This document shows positions 58,769-64,000 of a stretch of DNA of 64,000 nucleotides, piece by piece. The notes under the pieces were generated by a model. That model did no database searches, had not been told where the DNA came from, and saw only the letters and a list, made by a program, of their open reading frames with translations. The translations under genes and the position numbers were made by a program. The DNA comes from Parachlamydiales bacterium (lineage in GTDB: Bacteria; Chlamydiota; Chlamydiia; Chlamydiales; JAJFMK01), in the NCBI GenBank assembly GCA_963765145.1, contig CAVXVG010000021.1:96001-160000 (forward strand). The letters are read 5' to 3'. Numbering within the stretch: position 1 is the first letter of the stretch; every line of letters begins with the position of its first letter.

Positions 58769-61700
58769 CTATAGAGTTGTTTTGATCTCTTCGCAAATAG
58801 CTTCTGCACCCTCTCCAGCTGCATGACCGAACTTGTACTCTTTTTGTCTAAGTTCATCATCTGTAACTTCCCCAAAAGAAGTCCCGGCTTCCAGGCGCCT
58901 GTCGCCGACAAGAGCAAGTATCCTGAAATGGTACCCATTCGTCCCTTGCCAGGCAAACCGTTCGCTGGTCCAAAGGAGGGCGTCAGCCATTGGCATCACA
59001 CGGTAGGTTAACTGCTTTCCCTCTGTCTTCTCTGGAAGCACCTTAAAAAAGGCTTCGGCAACAATAGCCGGCTGATCCATGTCCTTAGGAGTGGCATAGG
59101 TGATCCCCGGATTGACATGGAGACGAAAATCAACTTTATAAGGGGTCCCTTTAAGAAGCGGAATTTGCTCATTTCGATCGGGATAGCGGGCTTTTGAGAC
59201 AAAGGCTGTGACATGGCCTACAAGGTCATACTCTCGTTGCTTGATGGCCGACGCCACCTGCCGAGCCATCGCCTTGTCGGAAGAGACCTCGGCTTCCTGC
59301 TTCAGCTCTGCCTGCTGCGACTGTGTTGTCGTCACTGTTGTTTCCTTTTCGACAGCGCCTTGCGCTCCCCTCTCGTCCTCCATCCCATATTCTTTCTGCA
59401 AGGCCATTGCTCGTTTTTGCAGAGGGGTCGTAATCGTGGGAGCCGGCATAGGAGGCTCTCCGGCAGTTTTAACAAACTCTTTTTTGATGCCGGCGGCACA
59501 AGCAGCAAAGCGGGTGTCGTTTACAGGAACTCGACCGTTTTGAAGCTGTTCACCGGCAAGTTTTGCTGCTCCTTCCAATGCAGACTTCTGCCCCTCTGCA
59601 TATACCATCCTCATGGCGCTTAAGGTATTCAAAGTCCGTTCCGACTTTTCTGTGGTGCCGTCAACATGATCTAAAAACATCCCCGCAGTTGGATTCTCGC
59701 CGATCTTTTTCCCGACAGCCTCCGTAACAAAAAGCTCTATCATATGACCGGCTCCAAGATCGCGAAGCCGAAACACTGCCTGCTCCATTTGAGCAGCGGT
59801 TGCGGTTGGAGAAAGAAAAACTGCAGCGCGGGCATTTTGAGGAAGGACAAAGTTGGTTCCCCTCGTCGCTGCCGGGTCGTAGTACCAAAAAAGGTTGCCG
59901 ACTTTGGCTTGAGCAAACGGAATAATGACCTGTTTGCCTTCTTGATAGAGAAAGACCATCTTTTCCCGCGTGATGGGGTGCATGAAGACCACATTCTTTT
60001 TGTAGTGGGAGGCCAGATCTGCAATCAGCCGCATGGGCTCTTTTTCTTCTTGGAATCCTCCATGGTTGATGATGACATCAACCCCATCCGGAAATCCGCT
60101 TGGCCCTGTCATTTGAAGCGGTGTATCCAACCCTAACGGGCCAAGCGCTTCGGCCATCCGCGCCCGTACTTCAACGGAAATAGTCCTAGCACGGTTTTGA
60201 ATCACATTCTCCTCCGGGATAAGGAGGTCGGTATGGTGTCCCTCGCTTCCGGAAATCAAAGAGAGATTACACCCCCACCACGATGTCTGTACATCTCGAA
60301 CAATTTGCGATTTGCTACCAAAAATAGCCTCGGAACCTGCTTTTTCTGCAAGCATCAATCGGACATTCATCGCTTTAGGTTGCTTCAAACTTTTCAAAAG
60401 GTGCAGCCTATCTTTAAGAGGAGCCTCTTTTAGTTCAGGCGCAAGTTTAACGGCCTCATCCCAAAATTTGTTGATGAAGGACATGGCTGGCCAAACTGGA
60501 GATGAGAGGGTGAGAAGGTATGTTGCAGCCAATTCAATCGCTGTTTCGCTGAAGTGGTTATTTTTTTCACTGATGGTTTGCACAGCCGGAACGGCCACAA
60601 TGCCGCTTTTTTCATCCCGTTTTAGACCAATGGCGGCCTTCCTAGCCATTAATGAAGCGAGCCCTCCATGGTAAAGGAGATGGACAGTGACAAGCCGTCT
60701 CTTGAGGGCTTCATCTTCTATATCATCGAACCGACTTTGGGGATCCTTGACTCTTTTATTTAACTCTCCTCCTAGCCCTAAATTGCTAATGAATACATTC
60801 AAAGCTTTTTTGAGCTCACTCTCCTCTATCAGCGCCTGGTTGTTGTTCAAAATCGCCTTGCAAATCGTAGGATTCGATAAAAGACCCTCGAACAAAATTT
60901 TGACATCCTGCTGTTCTTGTGCTGTTAATGTGCCCCCTTGTTCCAGCTCGACATTGACTTGCTTGTGGCTACTTAAGGAGTGGTCCCCCTCATCTACAAT
61001 GATCTGGGTCGTCTTAGCTTGAAGCATCCCGATCATTTTTCCTAAAAGGTCGATGTTTTTTAAGAGCAAGGCTCCTGTTCCTCGGGAAAGATCGATCTCT
61101 GTGATAGGTTCATTCGGGTGTTCCTTATTGTATGCATCAATCCGTGCCTTCTCAGCCTCTAACCAGTCATTGTACAACATCGTATACCTGACAAGAGCGT
61201 TGTCCAAGGCCGGCTTTGTCGTCGGCGTCGTCAGGATAAAGCCGCCTGACGCCTTGGCATGGAGCATCCGCTGATAATGGGAGTGGAGTTGGATAAGACT
61301 TGCTTCGTGGTCATCAAGCGGCAGTTGAGCCAGATTAAAACGAAAAGCATAGGCAGCCATTCCAAATAGGAGCCGCCCCACTTCGTCTGCCTCCAGAAAT
61401 TGCGACTGGAACAACTCTTCGGGGACCACGCCAACGGCAAATCCTTTTTCGCTTAAAATATCAATGACGGCAGGAACAATGGTGCTTGTCTTCCCCAGCC
61501 CCATTCTCATGACGCGGTTGATTTGGGGTTTGGTGACAAGCTCATTGATCAACTCCAGTTGCTCTTTTCGATAGACAATCCCCTGCTTATACTGAACATA
61601 CATCAACCTTCTCACTTGCCCTTCGAGCCCCTTTAAATCCGATACATCGGGAATTGGATGCACGGCAGCAGCGATAAGCTCTGAAAGGGTGTTGTGCAAG

Positions 61701-64000
61701 GCATAAAACCGGGCCCTTTCCTGTTGATTTAACTCTTTTTCCGGCTTGTCAAGCAAAGCTTGATTTGCTTTTATAAGGCCATCCATTCTCTCCAGAATCT
61801 TTAAGCGAACAACAGTCGAGGCATAGCTTGCCATGTAGCCATCTATACCACTTTCATTTTCAAACTCCCCATTGCGCCATTTGACCAGATAAAGCTCGAG
61901 GGCCATCTCCCTGTTCCCTCCGGCCTCCTCAAGAACTTTGGCAAAGTCTTTGCTTGTACGCATGAGATGCAGAAACTGGAATTTCAACGCCTCAACGGAC
62001 TCTCTTGCTATCTCTAAATCATTGGGCAACGTCTCCAACAACTTCTTGTACTCTTCCGCTGTCATTTTTTGTTGCCGCCACGTTTCCACGTTCTTCAGAA
62101 CGCCCGAATGGAGCTCCTTAAACAAATAGCCGCCGCTATCCCATTTGTCTGCAGCCCTAAATTGCCACACTTGCCGTTTGATAGGGGCATCCTGAGGAGC
62201 AGGCTCTGGTTTGACCTCTTTAATAAAAGGAACACCAAAATCTTGTTCCGGTTCAAAAGGTTTCTGCGCCTTCTGAGGCCTATCATCAGCCGCTTTTTGC
62301 AACCTTGCAGTCTTTTCTTCGGCGCTCTTAAGAGACTCTTCCATCAAGACGTTTCCCTTCTTCAATGCAACCGGAGAGATGATCAACGCTTCCTTTAAGG
62401 CTGTATAAAACGCCTCTCCGGCCTCCTTGACGCGGCCTTTATAATGCCCCCCCTTCACCTCGTTGGCATATTCTCCGGCAGCCCCTAAAAAGGCGGCTGT
62501 CGTCTCTTCTGTACCGAATCCCATCGCCTCGCTTTGCGAAAGAAGCTGGTGAACCACCCTGATGTGCCGGAGAAACTCAGTTTTACTGCTGTTGACAGCC
62601 AGCTCAAGATGCAGATGAGCCAAGTAGAAAAAAATCTCCTTGGGAGCAACCACTTCTCCTGTCTTCTTCATTTTCAACACAACGGCCTGATTAGAAAAAG
62701 GACGGGGAAACAAAACCCATTGCCGGTTCCCCTCGGCATCGTTGCCAATGGGAAGGACATATCGATCCATCTCCGGACCAAACAGTTGTCTATCTTCGTA
62801 TCGAGAAAGGATGGCAGGACCTACCTCCACCCCATTTTGTTGAACATACCACTGTCCATCACGTCTCTTCAGCTCGACGCCGGTTTCCTTGACAACGATG
62901 GTATCGATAGATGTTCCGTCTCCAAAGAAGAAGCACTCTTTGGGTTGGATAGCGTTCCAAGGCAGTTCTTGTAGACTAGGTTTCTCCATCAAGACCTTAT
63001 TGCCGGCAAAAGAGATCAACTGTCCTTCTTCATCGACTTTAAATATCCGTTCGCTATTAGCCTCGGGGCGTTTATTCAAAAAAAGGACTCTCTGTTGTGA
63101 AGGGCCTTGGGAAACCCACAAACCGCAATCGTTTGCAAGTTTTGCCGCTGTCATTTCCTCTCGAGGTGGGATTTGGTAACGGAAGGTTTGAATAGGCCCT
63201 CCATCTAAACTGAAATGGGCTCTAATGATCAAAGGGTTTTCAGGATTGTTTGGAAGGTCAATCTCATAGTTGATACCTTCGGAGGTAAAATAGTAACAAA
63301 CCCGATCTTGATAAACCTCTTTCCCTCCGCTTTGGGGCTTTTCTCCAAAAAGCTTTTTGAATTGAGGGCTTTCCAAAATTCTCGGCTCTGTCACCGGCAC
63401 GTTGAATAACTGTCTTTTGGGCCCACTCTCTTCTGCATGCACAGAAAGGGTATTGATCCCTTCGGCAAGGTTTAGAACACCTCCGGTTTTCGGATCGACA
63501 AATAGATAAGGAGATTTCTGTTCAAGATTTTGGAAGACAACACCTCTTTTATCTGCCACTTTTCGCGCAATGCCTCGTAGCTGGTCTTCATCGAGATCTC
63601 CAATGACCTCTGCCAACATCCAGTGGTCTACTTTCCGATTCACTGCCTCAACTTGGAGCCGATCTAATTTGCTGTCCACCCATCGTTCAAAATAGTTTGC
63701 CCGTGCATTGATGTCAGATTTTGATACCTTTTTCCCCTCTTCCGCTACTAAAAAAAGTTGAAGAGAAGGGGCCAAATCAGCTTCCTTCGGCTTGTCATAG
63801 TCATCGCCTGTGAGCCTCCATTTAAAGAACTGCAGGAGCTGGTTGGGAACTCCTTTCGGGTCTTTTGCAAAATTCCCTTTCTTTCCACCCGTAAAATACT
63901 TAAGTCCATCTTGATAGTCAAAGTTCTCCTTCGCTTCTAAAAAGGCACTTGTGCCGAACATTTTTTGGAATAAAGCATTTTGCACTTGAGGATGCTCGCA
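58769..64000 (-). CDS. Giant DUF3638-like protein with SF2-helicase-like P-loop domain, 5' end outside the window
   Basis: Frame is open to 64000. MRMGLGKTSTIVP (Walker A), IIVDEGD (Walker B), TRGTNF, QAVFRLRDL. Confidence 0.7.
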   Translation of the reverse strand, partial: CEHPQVQNALFQKMFGTSAFLEAKENFDYQDGLKYFTGGKKGNFAKDPKGVPNQLLQFFKWRLTGDDYDKPKEADLAPSLQLFLVAEEGKKVSKSDINARANYFERWVDSKLDRLQVEAVNRKVDHWMLAEVIGDLDEDQLRGIARKVADKRGVVFQNLEQKSPYLFVDPKTGGVLNLAEGINTLSVHAEESGPKRQLFNVPVTEPRILESPQFKKLFGEKPQSGGKEVYQDRVCYYFTSEGINYEIDLPNNPENPLIIRAHFSLDGGPIQTFRYQIPPREEMTAAKLANDCGLWVSQGPSQQRVLFLNKRPEANSERIFKVDEEGQLISFAGNKVLMEKPSLQELPWNAIQPKECFFFGDGTSIDTIVVKETGVELKRRDGQWYVQQNGVEVGPAILSRYEDRQLFGPEMDRYVLPIGNDAEGNRQWVLFPRPFSNQAVVLKMKKTGEVVAPKEIFFYLAHLHLELAVNSSKTEFLRHIRVVHQLLSQSEAMGFGTEETTAAFLGAAGEYANEVKGGHYKGRVKEAGEAFYTALKEALIISPVALKKGNVLMEESLKSAEEKTARLQKAADDRPQKAQKPFEPEQDFGVPFIKEVKPEPAPQDAPIKRQVWQFRAADKWDSGGYLFKELHSGVLKNVETWRQQKMTAEEYKKLLETLPNDLEIARESVEALKFQFLHLMRTSKDFAKVLEEAGGNREMALELYLVKWRNGEFENESGIDGYMASYASTVVRLKILERMDGLIKANQALLDKPEKELNQQERARFYALHNTLSELIAAAVHPIPDVSDLKGLEGQVRRLMYVQYKQGIVYRKEQLELINELVTKPQINRVMRMGLGKTSTIVPAVIDILSEKGFAVGVVPEELFQSQFLEADEVGRLLFGMAAYAFRFNLAQLPLDDHEASLIQLHSHYQRMLHAKASGGFILTTPTTKPALDNALVRYTMLYNDWLEAEKARIDAYNKEHPNEPITEIDLSRGTGALLLKNIDLLGKMIGMLQAKTTQIIVDEGDHSLSSHKQVNVELEQGGTLTAQEQQDVKILFEGLLSNPTICKAILNNNQALIEESELKKALNVFISNLGLGGELNKRVKDPQSRFDDIEDEALKRRLVTVHLLYHGGLASLMARKAAIGLKRDEKSGIVAVPAVQTISEKNNHFSETAIELAATYLLTLSSPVWPAMSFINKFWDEAVKLAPELKEAPLKDRLHLLKSLKQPKAMNVRLMLAEKAGSEAIFGSKSQIVRDVQTSWWGCNLSLISGSEGHHTDLLIPEENVIQNRARTISVEVRARMAEALGPLGLDTPLQMTGPSGFPDGVDVIINHGGFQEEKEPMRLIADLASHYKKNVVFMHPITREKMVFLYQEGKQVIIPFAQAKVGNLFWYYDPAATRGTNFVLPQNARAAVFLSPTATAAQMEQAVFRLRDLGAGHMIELFVTEAVGKKIGENPTAGMFLDHVDGTTEKSERTLNTLSAMRMVYAEGQKSALEGAAKLAGEQLQNGRVPVNDTRFAACAAGIKKEFVKTAGEPPMPAPTITTPLQKRAMALQKEYGMEDERGAQGAVEKETTVTTTQSQQAELKQEAEVSSDKAMARQVASAIKQREYDLVGHVTAFVSKARYPDRNEQIPLLKGTPYKVDFRLHVNPGITYATPKDMDQPAIVAEAFFKVLPEKTEGKQLTYRVMPMADALLWTSERFAWQGTNGYHFRILALVGDRRLEAGTSFGEVTDDELRQKEYKFGHAAGEGAEAICEEIKTTL

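Noticed and set aside
58823..63940. Numerous plus-strand ORFs opposite the giant gene
   Set aside because: Antisense shadow ORFs without motifs.

Overview
Bacterial chromosomal window, most likely from an environmental member of the Chlamydiae. The kdsD-gltT-lpxK...spoU-methyltransferase...lspA-dksA order matches the conserved chlamydial block, and several eukaryotic-like effector genes are present. The left end (1-3815, minus strand, AT-rich) holds a compact candidate RiPP operon: an unannotated 52-aa precursor with a strong RBS, two SagB/ThcOx-like flavoproteins with complementary halves of the FMN-binding motifs, a TauD-like 2OG-Fe(II) oxygenase and an ABC exporter running off the window. 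No YcaO cyclodehydratase is visible. Next to it is a recombination scar zone with three copies of the 3' tail of a RecQ/ComF-type PRTase gene. Further right are a pentose-phosphate operon (tkt-tal-pgm-gnd-zwf-HAD), nested MITE/REP elements, and a histidine-centred region (hutUIGH, polar amino-acid ABC transporter, atypical HisRS, GNAT-racemase fusion). Then come toxin-antitoxin loci, a PARP-like/kinase-like/LRR protein, two adjacent genes sharing an ~85-aa leader ending in (K/R)GG followed by a cryptic GxxxS myristoylation motif, and a giant DUF3638-like gene cut by the right edge. Several single-base frameshifts in homopolymers (pgm, icd x3, marC and others) may be assembly errors. No rRNA, tRNA or CRISPR array was recognised. 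All family calls come from motif reading, not database searches.
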